Source: an uncultured Acidobacteriota bacterium
Lineage (GTDB): Bacteria; Acidobacteriota; JAAYUB01
Assembly: GCA_964412195.1 (NCBI GenBank)
Contig: CAYPNP010000003.1
Span: 160,386 to 224,385, forward strand
DNA: 64,000 nucleotides
Reading direction: 5' to 3'
Shown: positions 18,307-30,389 of the stretch, one piece after another
Layout of the letters: each line of letters begins with the position of its first letter
Numbering within the stretch: the stretch's first letter is position 1
The notes under the pieces: generated by a model
The model's database searches: none
The model's input: the letters and a program-made list of their open reading frames with translations, nothing else
What the model was told of the DNA's origin: nothing
Translations under genes and position numbers: made by a program

Positions 18307-19218
18307 ATGAAACGTTCTTATCTCACCCTGATCCTGATGGCGTTGATGGGCTCGGGCGCATTCCTGGCCGCACAAACCGGCCCGATCCACCTGGATCCCT
18401 CCCAGTTGCACCATTTTGAGGGCATGGTCGCCTCGATCCAGGCCGCGCCGGGCCATGGCACTCCCCTCTTCGTCCTGCGGACCGCGGACGGCGGCGAGGT
18501 GACCTTCCAGACCGGTCCGTACTGGTTCTTCGACGTGGCCGGCTTCATCCTGGCGGAAGGGGACGATGTGACCGTGGACGCGTTTGCTTCCATCGATCCT
18601 GCCATTTCTTTATATTACGCCGCGCGCATCCAGAATTTGGACACCGGCGCGCTGGTCGTCCTGCGCGATGATGCGGGCGTGCCCCAGTGGACCGGCGGGC
18701 GGCAGTTCGGAGGGCAGGGGAACGGCGGCCCGTCCGGCCAGAACCCCGGCAACGGCAGCGGCGGTGAAGGCGGGCAGGGCCAAGGGAACCCCGGAGGCGC
18801 CGGCGATTCCGGCGGCGGCTCGGGTAACGGTTCCTGCGACGGCTCCGGGCGGGGCGGGGCGCGCGGCAACGGACAGGGCGGCGACGAAAACGGCCCGTCC
18901 GGCCCGGCCGGCTATGCTCTCGAGAATATCCAGGTGGTGACGGGCACGGTGGCCGTCACGTCCCTGGCGCTGGGACAGAAAGACTCCTCGTTCATCCTGA
19001 TGGACGGTTCCGGCGCTGCCTGGGATATCCGTGTCGGCCCGATCTGGTTCCTCGCGGCCAACGGCTTCACCCTCAGCGTCGGCGACGGCGTGGAGGCCAC
19101 CGTGGCCAGCCGCGCTTCCGACCCGCTGCATCTCTTCGCCCTGCAGATCCGGAACCTGACCACCGGCGCCACCATCGTCCTGCGGGATGACAACGGCTTC
19201 CCGCTGTGGCGGCGCTGA
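18307..19218 (+). CDS. secreted protein with two tandem homologous domains of about 90 aa joined by a Gly/Asn-rich linker
   Basis: RBS GGAGG then ATG; signal peptide; internal duplication FQTGPYWFFDVAGF...LVVLRDDAGVPQW and RVGPIWFLAANGF...IVLRDDNGFPLW. Confidence 0.6.
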   Translation: MKRSYLTLILMALMGSGAFLAAQTGPIHLDPSQLHHFEGMVASIQAAPGHGTPLFVLRTADGGEVTFQTGPYWFFDVAGFILAEGDDVTVDAFASIDPAISLYYAARIQNLDTGALVVLRDDAGVPQWTGGRQFGGQGNGGPSGQNPGNGSGGEGGQGQGNPGGAGDSGGGSGNGSCDGSGRGGARGNGQGGDENGPSGPAGYALENIQVVTGTVAVTSLALGQKDSSFILMDGSGAAWDIRVGPIWFLAANGFTLSVGDGVEATVASRASDPLHLFALQIRNLTTGATIVLRDDNGFPLWRR

Positions 19219-19280
19219 CCCGTTTGAAAACGTCCCTGACGAGTAAGATCGTGCATAGAGAAATCCAAAGGAGGAAGACC

Positions 19281-19691
19281 ATGAAAAAGATCCTGGCAAT
19301 CCTGAGTGTGATGATGGTGTTCGGAATCGCGGCCCTGGCGGGCGATGCGCCGGCGGCGGCCCCGGCCCAGACCCAGGCGGCGGTGCAGACCCCGGCCCAG
19401 GCGCAGACCCAGGCCGTCGCGCAGGCGCAGGCCAAGGCCCGGCAGGGCACCCGGTACGTCGACGCCAACGGCAACGGGGTGTGCGACAACTTCGACAACG
19501 GGACGCCGCAGGGGCGGATAAACCGGGGCGGCCAGGGCAAGGCCGGCCAGGGGGCCGGAAACGGCGTCAAGGCCCGGGACGGTTCCGGCAGCGGTCAGCG
19601 CCACGGGTGGGGCAAGGGTGGCGGCGCCGGACGCGGCACCGGCCAGGGCGGCGGCCAGCGGCTCCGCGACGGTTCGTGCGGGAAGCGGTAG
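19281..19691 (+). CDS. small secreted Gly/Gln-rich protein
   Basis: RBS AAAGGAGGAAGACC then ATG; signal peptide MKKILAILSVMMVFGIAALA; low-complexity QAQ and GQG repeats. Confidence 0.5.
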   Translation: MKKILAILSVMMVFGIAALAGDAPAAAPAQTQAAVQTPAQAQTQAVAQAQAKARQGTRYVDANGNGVCDNFDNGTPQGRINRGGQGKAGQGAGNGVKARDGSGSGQRHGWGKGGGAGRGTGQGGGQRLRDGSCGKR

Positions 19692-19840
19692 GCGCGCTGA
19701 CGCAGCGGAACACTTCAGCCACGGTTCTCAAAACCCCGTCCTTCCGGACGGGGTTTTCTTATTGCGAGAGAATGCCGAATCGAAAAAAAAAGGCTTGCAA
19801 TATTCTGAGCATATGCTCATAATAAGGTCCGGAGGTTGCG

Positions 19841-20245
19841 ATGCCCAGGCCCTGCTGCCGGAAACGGATATCCGCAGAACCGCTGCTGCCGGTGTTTCAG
19901 CCGGCGGGAATCCCCGCGGCCAGCCTGTCCGAAGTGGTCCTGACCCTGGACGAGTTCGAGGCGGTCCGCCTGGTGGACCTGCTGGGGCTCTACCAGGAGG
20001 AAGCCGCGGCGTGGATGAACGTCTCCCGGCCCACCGCCGGGCGGGTGCTGGAGCGGGCCCGCCGGAAGATCGCCGACGCGCTGGTCCACGGCCGGATCCT
20101 GCGGATCGAGGGGGGCGCCGTGGAACGGTTCCCGGAGAACCCGGCGGAATGCCCCCGCTGCCACTGCCCCCTGCTGCCGGGGGAGAAACCGGCCGGGGCC
20201 TGCCTGCGGTGCCGGCGGCGGGGCGGCGGGCAAAGGAACACCTGA
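19841..20245 (+). CDS. DUF134 (UPF0251) family predicted DNA-binding protein
   Basis: LTLDEFEAVRLVDLLGLYQEEAAAWMNVSRPTAGRVLERARRKIADAL sigma region-4-like HTH; C-terminal CPRCHCP...CLRCRRR cysteine cluster; RBS GGAGG. Confidence 0.7.
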   Translation: MPRPCCRKRISAEPLLPVFQPAGIPAASLSEVVLTLDEFEAVRLVDLLGLYQEEAAAWMNVSRPTAGRVLERARRKIADALVHGRILRIEGGAVERFPENPAECPRCHCPLLPGEKPAGACLRCRRRGGGQRNT

Positions 20246-20267
20246 AATGCGGAAAGGAGATCGAACA

Positions 20268-20678
20268 ATGAATGTTTGCGTACCCATCAACCAGGACGAA
20301 GGACTGAACAGCCCGGTGTGCGGCCATTTCGGCTCCGCGCCGGCTTTTCTGCGGGTCGATACGGAGTCCGGTTCCTGCGAAGTCATCTCGAACAACAACA
20401 GCCATCATGCCCACGGCATGTGCCAGCCGCTCCAGGCGCTGGCGGGGGCCTCACCCGACGCGATCATTGTCGGGGGCATCGGCATGGGCGCGCTGCTCAA
20501 GCTCAACGCCGCCGGGATCCGTGTCTTCCTGGCCGTCGCGCCGACCGTGGCGGAGAACCTGGCCGCCCTGCGGGAGGGCCGGCTGTCGGAGGCCCGTCCG
20601 GAGACGTCCTGCGGTCATCACGGCCACGGCGGGGAGCATGCCCACGGCGGCGGCTGCGGCCACGGCGGGCACCACTGA
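20268..20678 (+). CDS. NifX/NifB-type dinitrogenase FeMo-cofactor-binding-domain protein with His/Gly-rich C-terminal tail
   Basis: MNVCVPINQDEGLNSPVCGHFGSAPAF start of the Nitro_FeMo-Co fold; tail CGHHGHGGEHAHGGGCGHGGHH; RBS GGAAAGGAG. Confidence 0.75.
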   Translation: MNVCVPINQDEGLNSPVCGHFGSAPAFLRVDTESGSCEVISNNNSHHAHGMCQPLQALAGASPDAIIVGGIGMGALLKLNAAGIRVFLAVAPTVAENLAALREGRLSEARPETSCGHHGHGGEHAHGGGCGHGGHH

Positions 20679-20703
20679 TTTCCTCTTCGACTGGAGGTCC
20701 GGG

Positions 20704-21084
20704 ATGGAAGGCGAGACCCACTGGCAGTGGCGCCTGCGGAAGGCGCGGGAGCTGGCCGCGGCGCTGGAGCCCACCCGCTTCGGGGTGCGGGCCCTCTACC
20801 TGATCGGCAGCACGAAGAACGTCACCGCCGGCCCCGAGAGCGACCTCGACCTGGTGGTGCATTTCGCCGGGACCGGGGAACAGCGCGCGGACCTGCTGGA
20901 CTGGTTCCGGGACTGGGACGCGCGGCTGGTGGCGGAGAACGAGGCGCGCACCGGACGGCGCTGTGACACCATCCTGGACCTCCACCTGGTCAACGACGAG
21001 GAAGTCGCCCGCCGCGGCGGCTTCGCCGTGCGGATCGGCGCGGTGGACGATCCCGCCTGGCCCCTCCCCCTGGGGGGAAATTAA
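20704..21084 (+). CDS. nucleotidyltransferase-domain protein (minimal Pol-beta-type NTase)
   Basis: GS...DLDL motif LYLIGSTKNVTAGPESDLDLVVHF; RBS GGAGGT. Confidence 0.65.
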   Translation: MEGETHWQWRLRKARELAAALEPTRFGVRALYLIGSTKNVTAGPESDLDLVVHFAGTGEQRADLLDWFRDWDARLVAENEARTGRRCDTILDLHLVNDEEVARRGGFAVRIGAVDDPAWPLPLGGN

Positions 21085-21099
21085 TCTCAGCTCAAAGTA

Positions 21100-21235
21100 C
21101 GCCGGGCAAACCATTTGTCATTTGTCATTGGCCAATTGCCATTTTCCATTTTTCCTTAACGGCCGGATCCTGACTCCGATTTTCTGAAATGAACAATGAC
21201 AACTGGCAAATGGCAAATGACAAATGGATTGCTTA
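21100..21235. repeat. AT-rich palindromic ATTTGTC/ATTGGCC heptamer element at convergent junction
   Basis: gtcatttgtcattggccaattgccatttt ... aacaatgacaactggcaaatggcaaatgacaaatgg, inverted arms; the same family recurs at 1555-1608. Confidence 0.65.
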
Positions 21236-21262
21236 CCGGACTTTGCGACTTTGCAGTGGACG

Positions 21263-22144
21263 TTACAGAAGAGTACGGGTAGCGGTAGAGGGATCGTCGA
21301 GGTCCAGCCGGACCAGCGCCAGCTCCGGCCCGTCGTGGGCGGCCGACAGGCAGGCCGTCCGCCCGACAGACTCCCGCCATGAACCCGTTAAGCGCGCCGA
21401 CTCGTGGACGTGCCCGTGCAGGGTCAGCATCGGCTGGCGCTTCTCGATGAACCGGCGGATGGCGATGCTGCCCACGTGGACGTCCAGCGGCGCGTGGTCC
21501 ACCATCTTCCCGTCCAGCGCGGCCCGGTCCAGCGCCGTGTCGTAGGGCGGGGCGTGGAACAGCCACACCGCGCGGGACTGGTCGGCGCCGCCGGCCAGCT
21601 CCTGCAGGTCGCGGGCGATGGTGCGCTGCTCGACCTCGTGCGGGTCCGCCGGGACCGTGCGGAAGCCTTCGTCCGGCGGGACGCAGCCCGGGTCCACGAA
21701 GCGCGACACGTCGTAGCGCTCCCAATCCTTGAGCTGGAACGGTGTGGGGGGGACGTAGGCGTAGCCATACACCCGGACTGCTCCCAGATCGAACTGCCGG
21801 GCGTGGGCGTATTCCCAGAGCCCTTCCGACTCCAGGTCCCGGATGGCGGGCTCCTCGCCGCGGGCGTCGTCGTTGCCCAGGATCAGGAACAGCCGGGGAT
21901 AGGCGCTTTCCAGCGCCAGGCGGAGCCGCTCCAGCTCTTGGGCGAGGAAATCCCGGATGAAGTGGTCGCCCTCCGGCAGGCCCGCCGCGGCAAAGAGGCC
22001 GGAGGGCAGCAGGTCGCCGCCGAGGAACACTGCCGCCGGCCGCTCCGCCTCTACGGCGGCAAAGAGTTTGCGGTAGCGGTCCACCCGCCCGTGCAGATCG
22101 GAAACGAAGAGAGCTTTTGTCACCCGGCCACCTCGCCGATTCAA
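21263..22144 (-). CDS. metallophosphoesterase (calcineurin-like)
   Basis: FVSDLHG, GGDLL, GNDD, GHVHE phosphoesterase motifs. Confidence 0.75.
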   Translation of the reverse strand: MNRRGGRVTKALFVSDLHGRVDRYRKLFAAVEAERPAAVFLGGDLLPSGLFAAAGLPEGDHFIRDFLAQELERLRLALESAYPRLFLILGNDDARGEEPAIRDLESEGLWEYAHARQFDLGAVRVYGYAYVPPTPFQLKDWERYDVSRFVDPGCVPPDEGFRTVPADPHEVEQRTIARDLQELAGGADQSRAVWLFHAPPYDTALDRAALDGKMVDHAPLDVHVGSIAIRRFIEKRQPMLTLHGHVHESARLTGSWRESVGRTACLSAAHDGPELALVRLDLDDPSTATRTLL

Positions 22145-22548
22145 AGCGGGTATGCAAGAACACCCAGTTTTTGAAAATCCTTCTGATTGAATGTCGCGAC
22201 GGCATCAGTCCCGGACAGCAGTGCGTTGGCGGCGACATAGGCGTCAGCGAATTCGCCGCCGCTGTTCCGGGCCAACTCCAGTGCCTTGATCACCAGGTCC
22301 TCGTCGGTCACCGTCATCCCGGGGAAGGCCAGGATCCGCTCCAGTACGTCTACTACCCGGTCCGGTTTCTGCTTGTAGGCCGACCGCAGGGTCCAGGCCA
22401 ATTCGAAGCAGACCGGCGGTCCAGTGATCAGCTCGATCTGACCGCCCTCCGCGTCCAGGAACAACCGGGTGGCCTTCTCGTGCTGACCCTGGTCGTCCCG
22501 GGTGAAAAAGCGCAGGAACACGTTTGTGTCGACGAACACCTTCTTCAT
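22141..22548 (-). CDS. PIN-domain toxin VapC
   Basis: MKKVFVDTNVFLRFF with conserved acidic residues; overlaps the downstream gene by 4 nt. Confidence 0.8.
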   Translation of the reverse strand: MKKVFVDTNVFLRFFTRDDQGQHEKATRLFLDAEGGQIELITGPPVCFELAWTLRSAYKQKPDRVVDVLERILAFPGMTVTDEDLVIKALELARNSGGEFADAYVAANALLSGTDAVATFNQKDFQKLGVLAYPL

Positions 22549-22550
22549 CG

Positions 22551-22778
22551 CTAGCCTCGCGACTTCCGGCTCGCGGCCCGGATCATCAGCTCCTTCTCCC
22601 GGGGATTGGATTTTCCGAGGAAGCCCTTCAGGGAGAGAAAGCTCTCGGTCGGCCGGATGAGAATGCCATGCTCCCCGACTTCAATGATCACCCGGTCGTG
22701 GGGCTTGATGCCGACGGCGTTCCGGGCCTCGACGGGCAGAGTGACCTGACCTTTGGACGACACCTTGGAATATTTCAT
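22551..22778 (-). CDS. AbrB/MazE/SpoVT-family antitoxin (VapB)
   Basis: 75 aa; swapped-hairpin motif KGQVTLPVEARNAVGIKPHDRV; 2 nt upstream of vapC. Confidence 0.75.
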   Translation of the reverse strand: MKYSKVSSKGQVTLPVEARNAVGIKPHDRVIIEVGEHGILIRPTESFLSLKGFLGKSNPREKELMIRAASRKSRG

Positions 22779-22880
22779 CGTTACTTCTCCCTGTTTTCTT
22801 TACTGTGTCATCAAGGTAAAGATAACACGGAAATGAAAAGATTTCAAGGGAAGGTCGGATTCGATGATGAGACGTGCCGT

Positions 22881-23423
22881 TCAGCGCAGGAGGGACGGCT
22901 GCTCGCCGAGGCGCTCGCCGGCCATCCGCAGGGTGCGGTCCAGGGACTCGGCCGGATCGATCAGCAGGCGGAAAGCCAGGCGGGCGAAGGGATTGGCGAT
23001 GGAGCCGCGCTCGGTGAGAGTCAGGCGGCTGCCGCCGGGGGTGGGGGCGATCTCCACGCTGCGGCAGCCGGTGACAACACCGTCCTCGTCGCAGATGCGG
23101 CGGACCAGCCGGCAGGGCGGCACGGACTCGAGAGTCTCCAGGGTGATGGTCCGCCCGTTGCGGTAGACCTCCCGCACCAGGGCGTGGCCGGAGGCGTCGC
23201 AGACATCTTCGACCCGCTGCAGGTCGGTGCGCCAGCAGGGACCGGAGCTCTCGTCGGTGAACATCTTCCACAGCACCTCGGGATTCTGTCGAAAGGAGGC
23301 GCTGCGAACGGCGGTGTACTCGCCGGGCATGGACGCGCCGATGGCGGCCGTCAGCAGGACCACGGCGGCGATGCCCAGGCTGGCGCCCAGCACCCATCGT
23401 ATGGTAATCACGCGGTCGGACAT
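22881..23423 (-). CDS. membrane-anchored SRPBCC (polyketide cyclase/START-like) domain protein
   Basis: N-terminal transmembrane helix then about 150-aa region with SRPBCC-like pattern; start MSDRVITIRW chosen with RBS GAGGAG. Confidence 0.45.
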   Translation of the reverse strand: MSDRVITIRWVLGASLGIAAVVLLTAAIGASMPGEYTAVRSASFRQNPEVLWKMFTDESSGPCWRTDLQRVEDVCDASGHALVREVYRNGRTITLETLESVPPCRLVRRICDEDGVVTGCRSVEIAPTPGGSRLTLTERGSIANPFARLAFRLLIDPAESLDRTLRMAGERLGEQPSLLR

Positions 23424-23539
23424 GACCGGAAGTTTCTTCTCCTCTTCGGCTCCCGCGCCTCCCGGGGGGCACGACAAAGGCGGGATTATACGCCTCGTTT
23501 TCCAAAAATCAAGTAGGAGGATTGGCATGAATTATGACC

Positions 23540-23930
23540 GGTGAGGGGTGACGGGTGACGGGTGACCGATAACCGGTGCCGTCGCTGTTCGTGCTCGTAA
23601 TCGTAATCGAAACAATGAATTACACACAGAATCGCAGATTCCGCGGCGTTTTCATGAGCAATGCGTTGCCACAAGCAAGCGGGAAGTACCCTGCCGGTCG
23701 GGGTACCTCCATCCTGCCGGTTTTGAGGTCGTGCCCGTTGAGCGGGATCGTTCTGATGGTCGTGTACGCAGCTGGATCTCGGGTCTCGGGACTCGGGGCT
23801 TGGAATCAGGGCTCCGGATCCAGCCCCAAGCCCCCGGTCTCCTGTACTGAGCTCCGAGCCCCGAGCCCCGAGCCTCCAGCCTCGAACCCCGAGTCCCCAA
23901 ACCCGAGCCTCGTGGTAGAATACGCCGGCC
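23540..23930. repeat. composite intergenic repeat region: CCGGTGA array, CGTAATC array, TCGGGGTACCTCC core and CCCGAGC array
   Basis: gtgacgggtgacgggtgaccgataaccggtg; gtgctcgtaatcgtaatcg; 23698-23710 tcggggtacctcc; ccgagccccgagccccgagcc. Confidence 0.75.
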
Positions 23931-23960
23931 GGCCGACGGGCCGCGGAAGGAGAGAACGCG

Positions 23961-25139
23961 ATGAAACGGGTCGTGGTGAAGGCACAGGCGGTGAAGAAGG
24001 TCCGCAACTACTACCTCTGGGTGTACGCCGACGAGGTCCAGGAGCGGCCGAAGCAGGGCTACCCCGGCGAGGTGGTCGCTGTGGTCGCCCCCGACGGGAC
24101 GCCGCTCGGCGCCGCCTTCCACCATCCCGAGGCCCGCATCGCCCTGCGCCTGTTCCACCCCGCGCCGGTGCTGCCCGACGCGGCCTTCTGGCGCCACAAG
24201 CTGGAGCAGGCCGTCACCCGGCGAAGCCCGCTGCGGGCCGAGACCGACGCCCTGCGGCTGGTCTACGCCGAGGGCGACTACCTGCCGGGCCTGATCGTGG
24301 ACGACTTCGCCGGCCACCTGGTGCTGCAGAGCCGCTGCGCCGGCATCGAGGCCGTCAAGCCGCTGCTGGTGGGCCTGCTGGCGGACCTGTGCGCGCCGAA
24401 GTCCATCTACGAGCGCAGCGACGTGCCCGCCCGAGCGGAGGAGGGGCTGCCGCTCACCCGCGGGCAACTTCGGGGCGAGACGCCGGCGCGGGTCGAGGTC
24501 CGCGAGAACGGCCGCCGCTTCCTCGTGGATATCCGGGAAGGCACCAAGACCGGCTACTTCACCGACCAGCGCGACGCCCGTCGCCACATCGCCGGGCTGA
24601 TCCAGCCGGGCATTCGGGTGCTGGACGCCTTCAGCTACACCGGCGGCTTCGGGATCTACACGGCTACGGCCGGCGCCCGGGCAACGGCGGTGGACAAGGA
24701 CGAGGCCGCCCTGGCTCTGGCGCGGGAAAACGCGGCCCTCAACGGGGTGGCCGACCGGTTCGAGACGGTGGCGGCGGACCTGTTCGCGTGGCTCCCGGCG
24801 CAGGCCGCCGCCGGGACGCGCTTCGACCTCATTTGCATCGACCCGCCGGCCCTGATCAAGTACAAGAACCAGGCCGCCAAGGGCCGGGGCCTCTTCCTGG
24901 ACCTGGTGCGGCCCTGCCTGCGGATGCTCGGGGCGGGGGGGCGGCTGCACGTGTCCAGCTGCGCCTACCATATGGGTGGGGACCTGCTGCGCGAGGCCAT
25001 CCGGATCGCCGCCGGCGAAACCGGCAAGCGGCTGCTCACCATCGGCGAAACCGTCCAGGCCCCCGATCATCCATACTCCCTGCAGATGCCGGAGACGCTG
25101 TACCTGAAGGGCTACACGTTGCAAATTGCCAGCGAATAA
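23961..25139 (+). CDS. class I SAM-dependent rRNA methyltransferase, RlmI/YccW-like (PUA plus MTase)
   Basis: 392 aa; RlmI-like architecture; SAM motif VLDAFSYTGGFG; DPP catalytic motif ICIDPPAL. Confidence 0.75.
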   Translation: MKRVVVKAQAVKKVRNYYLWVYADEVQERPKQGYPGEVVAVVAPDGTPLGAAFHHPEARIALRLFHPAPVLPDAAFWRHKLEQAVTRRSPLRAETDALRLVYAEGDYLPGLIVDDFAGHLVLQSRCAGIEAVKPLLVGLLADLCAPKSIYERSDVPARAEEGLPLTRGQLRGETPARVEVRENGRRFLVDIREGTKTGYFTDQRDARRHIAGLIQPGIRVLDAFSYTGGFGIYTATAGARATAVDKDEAALALARENAALNGVADRFETVAADLFAWLPAQAAAGTRFDLICIDPPALIKYKNQAAKGRGLFLDLVRPCLRMLGAGGRLHVSSCAYHMGGDLLREAIRIAAGETGKRLLTIGETVQAPDHPYSLQMPETLYLKGYTLQIASE

Positions 25140-25418
25140 GATGGCTCGATAATGCGGAGTGCGGAGTGCGGAATGTGGAGTGCGCGCAGTAGAGAAGTTG
25201 TCACTCGAAATCCGAGTCGAGTCAGGCAGTTGCGTTTTCCACCGGATGGATGGTGCTCCTGACAGATACTCTAGATTTAATTCCCGCTTTGCACTCCGCA
25301 TTCCGCACTCCGCACTCCGCATTATGGGAGATCCCATCAACCGCCGATTCGTGGTGAATTGACATCCTGCAAGATTTTCGGTAGAGTGCGGCCTGCAAAA
25401 TCGACGAGGTGAGACGCC

Positions 25419-25888
25419 ATGCCAACCTACATGATCCAGAGCACCCTGGACCGGCTGCGCATCCGGTTGCAGGACATCCAGAAGGAGAAATACGACGTCG
25501 CCAAGGAGCTGCAGCAGGCGGCCGGCCACGGCGACTTTTCCGAGAACGCCGAGCTGGACGCGGCTCGCGAGAAGAAGGAAATGCTGGCCCTCGAGGAGCT
25601 GCGCATCAAGGGCTGGCTCAGCGAGGCCCAGCTCATCGAGCACCTCAAGCTGCCGCCCGACGTGGTCACCGTGGGCAAGAAGCTGAAGGTCCAGGACCTC
25701 GACACCGGAGAGGAGCAGACCTTCGCCATCCTGGGCGAGATGGACAAGTGGGAAGGGATGCCGGTGCTGTCCATCACCGCGCCTTTGGCCGCCGGGCTGC
25801 TCAACAAGAAGAAGGGGCGCACGGCGGAAGTGCAGCTGCCCCGCCAGGTCAAGCGCTACAAGATCCTCGAGTTGGAAAACCTGTTCGG

Positions 25889-25892
<4 letters not shown>
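25419..25892 (+). CDS. greA: transcription elongation factor GreA
   Basis: N-terminal coiled coil with GDFSENAELDAAREK; C-terminal FKBP-like domain; 157 aa. Confidence 0.8.
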
Positions 25893-28714
<2,822 letters not shown>

Positions 28715-28900
28715 TTGCGAATTGCGAATTGCGAATTGAGTCCGTGCTTACTCGAAAATAGAAACTTCCGATCGTACTCGTCGATCGTAATCGTGCTCGT
28801 AATCGTAATCGTAATCGCAACAATCAATTACACGCAGAGACGCAGAGTCCGCAGAGACAATCCCTAACGCGGATGAACACGGATTCCCGCCGATCCGGCC
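28715..28900. repeat. composite repeat: GCGAATT array, CGTAATC array, CGCAGAG array
   Basis: ttgcgaattgcgaattgcgaattg; cgtgctcgtaatcgtaatcgtaatcg; cacgcagagacgcagagtccgcagagac; homologous to the module at 23580-23650. Confidence 0.75.
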
Positions 28901-29057
28901 GGTAAGCCTGAACTCCGAAAGTTGTAATACTTTCATCTCCGGTTGTGTGCATTGGAACATTTTCACTCGTGCTCAAATCGAAATCACGGTAGGAATAAAT
29001 CAGGGAGAGATTGGCCGATCTTTCGGTCTCCGCTGTATAATATAATGGGGGTGTCAG

Positions 29058-29273
29058 ATGAAAAGAGAATTCAGCGTGATCATCGAAAGGGATCGCAAGG
29101 GATTGTTCATCGCATCCGTTCCAGAATTGAAAGGATGTTTCACTCAAGCCAAATCATTGGATACATTGATGAAAAGGGTGCGGGAGGCCATCGAATTGTG
29201 CCTTGAAGTGGAAGGCGAGCCAATCACCGCGGTCGATTTCATCGGCGTTCAGCGGGTGGCCATCGGTTCATGA
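29058..29273 (+). CDS. HicB-family antitoxin (UPF0150)
   Basis: 71 aa; FSVIIERDRKGLFIASVPELKGCFTQAKSLDTLMKRVREAIELCLE HicB/UPF0150 pattern; low local GC. Confidence 0.7.
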   Translation: MKREFSVIIERDRKGLFIASVPELKGCFTQAKSLDTLMKRVREAIELCLEVEGEPITAVDFIGVQRVAIGS

Positions 29274-29494
29274 CCAGGATGCCCCGAATCACCGGCAAGA
29301 CCCTGGTGCGGGCGCTCGGAAAAGCCGGTTTCCTGGTGATCCGGACGAAGGGTAGCCACCATTACCTCAGTCATCCGGACGGCCGTTGGGTTGTGGTGCC
29401 TGTCCACACCCGGGAGAATTTAGGCCCCGGTTTGATCTCCAAAATAATCCACATCTGCGACTTGTCTATGGGGGAGTTACGCAAACTTCTGTAG
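29270..29494 (+). CDS. HicA-family mRNA interferase toxin (YcfA-like)
   Basis: 74 aa; ITGKTLVRALGKAGFLVIRTKGSHHYLSHPDGRWVVVPVH HicA signature; 4-nt overlap with hicB. Confidence 0.75.
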   Translation: MTRMPRITGKTLVRALGKAGFLVIRTKGSHHYLSHPDGRWVVVPVHTRENLGPGLISKIIHICDLSMGELRKLL

Positions 29495-29615
29495 TTTCAG
29501 TGTCCCGTCGTTCTGACAGGTTCCTGTCACTCTCTTCAGTCACCTCGTGGGGCGGTATAGTCGGTGCGATTCTCGCGATTGAGCCAGGTCTACTGGCGGG
29601 GAAACGATCGAAGTT

Positions 29616-30278
29616 GTGAAACGCCAATACCTGGGAGATTCCAAGGACAGCTTCAAGTGGGACTACCACGACTTCCTGGCGGCGGCGCTGGGCCTGCCCC
29701 GGCTGCACGTGGCGCTCATGCTCACGCCGGACGACGGGGGCACGGACGGCCGGTCGGACCCGGCGCGGTTCCCCGCCCGCGCGCCGGTGCTGGACTTCTG
29801 CCGGGACCTGCGGGCCCGCCGGGACATCGGAAGAATTACCGGCCTGCCGGAGCGAACGGGCGCGCCGTACCGATTGACGTTGCACCGGGGCGAATCACTC
29901 TTCACCGGGACGGATCGGACCGGGTACTTTTCCGGCTTCGACGGGGATGGGGGCGCGCTGGTCTTCCTCGATCCGGACAACGGCTTCGAGCCGGAACGGT
30001 CCTGCTCGGACAAGCACGTGCGCTACGGCGAGGTGGCGCGAGTCCTGGAGCAGCTGTCCGAGGATTCCGTCGTCAGCGTGTTTCAGCACTTCCGGCGGGT
30101 GTCGTTCCCGGACGATTTCGCCCGGATCCGGCATAGACTGGGAGCGATCCATTCCACCGCGGTCTGTTGGCACTCGCTGATGTTCGTGGCGGCAGGCAGG
30201 TCGGAGCGGGCGATCCGGCGGGTGGCCGCGGCGAACCGGGACTACGCGCGGCGGCACCCGGTCCGGGTGCTGGTCTAG
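29616..30278 (+). CDS. uncharacterized 220-aa protein adjacent to HicBA
   Basis: GTG start; no recognised motif; acidic DxD-containing core (FLDPDNGFE); high-GC codon bias supports coding. Confidence 0.45.
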   Translation: MKRQYLGDSKDSFKWDYHDFLAAALGLPRLHVALMLTPDDGGTDGRSDPARFPARAPVLDFCRDLRARRDIGRITGLPERTGAPYRLTLHRGESLFTGTDRTGYFSGFDGDGGALVFLDPDNGFEPERSCSDKHVRYGEVARVLEQLSEDSVVSVFQHFRRVSFPDDFARIRHRLGAIHSTAVCWHSLMFVAAGRSERAIRRVAAANRDYARRHPVRVLV

Positions 30279-30389
30279 ACCCGGCACCCGACATCAAGCC
30301 ATGACGGAACTATGACTCCCTCGCGCTTGACTCTGCTGGGCGCGCAAGTATAATCAAAACAACAGAATCTCGAAAAGGGATCTTAAGGC

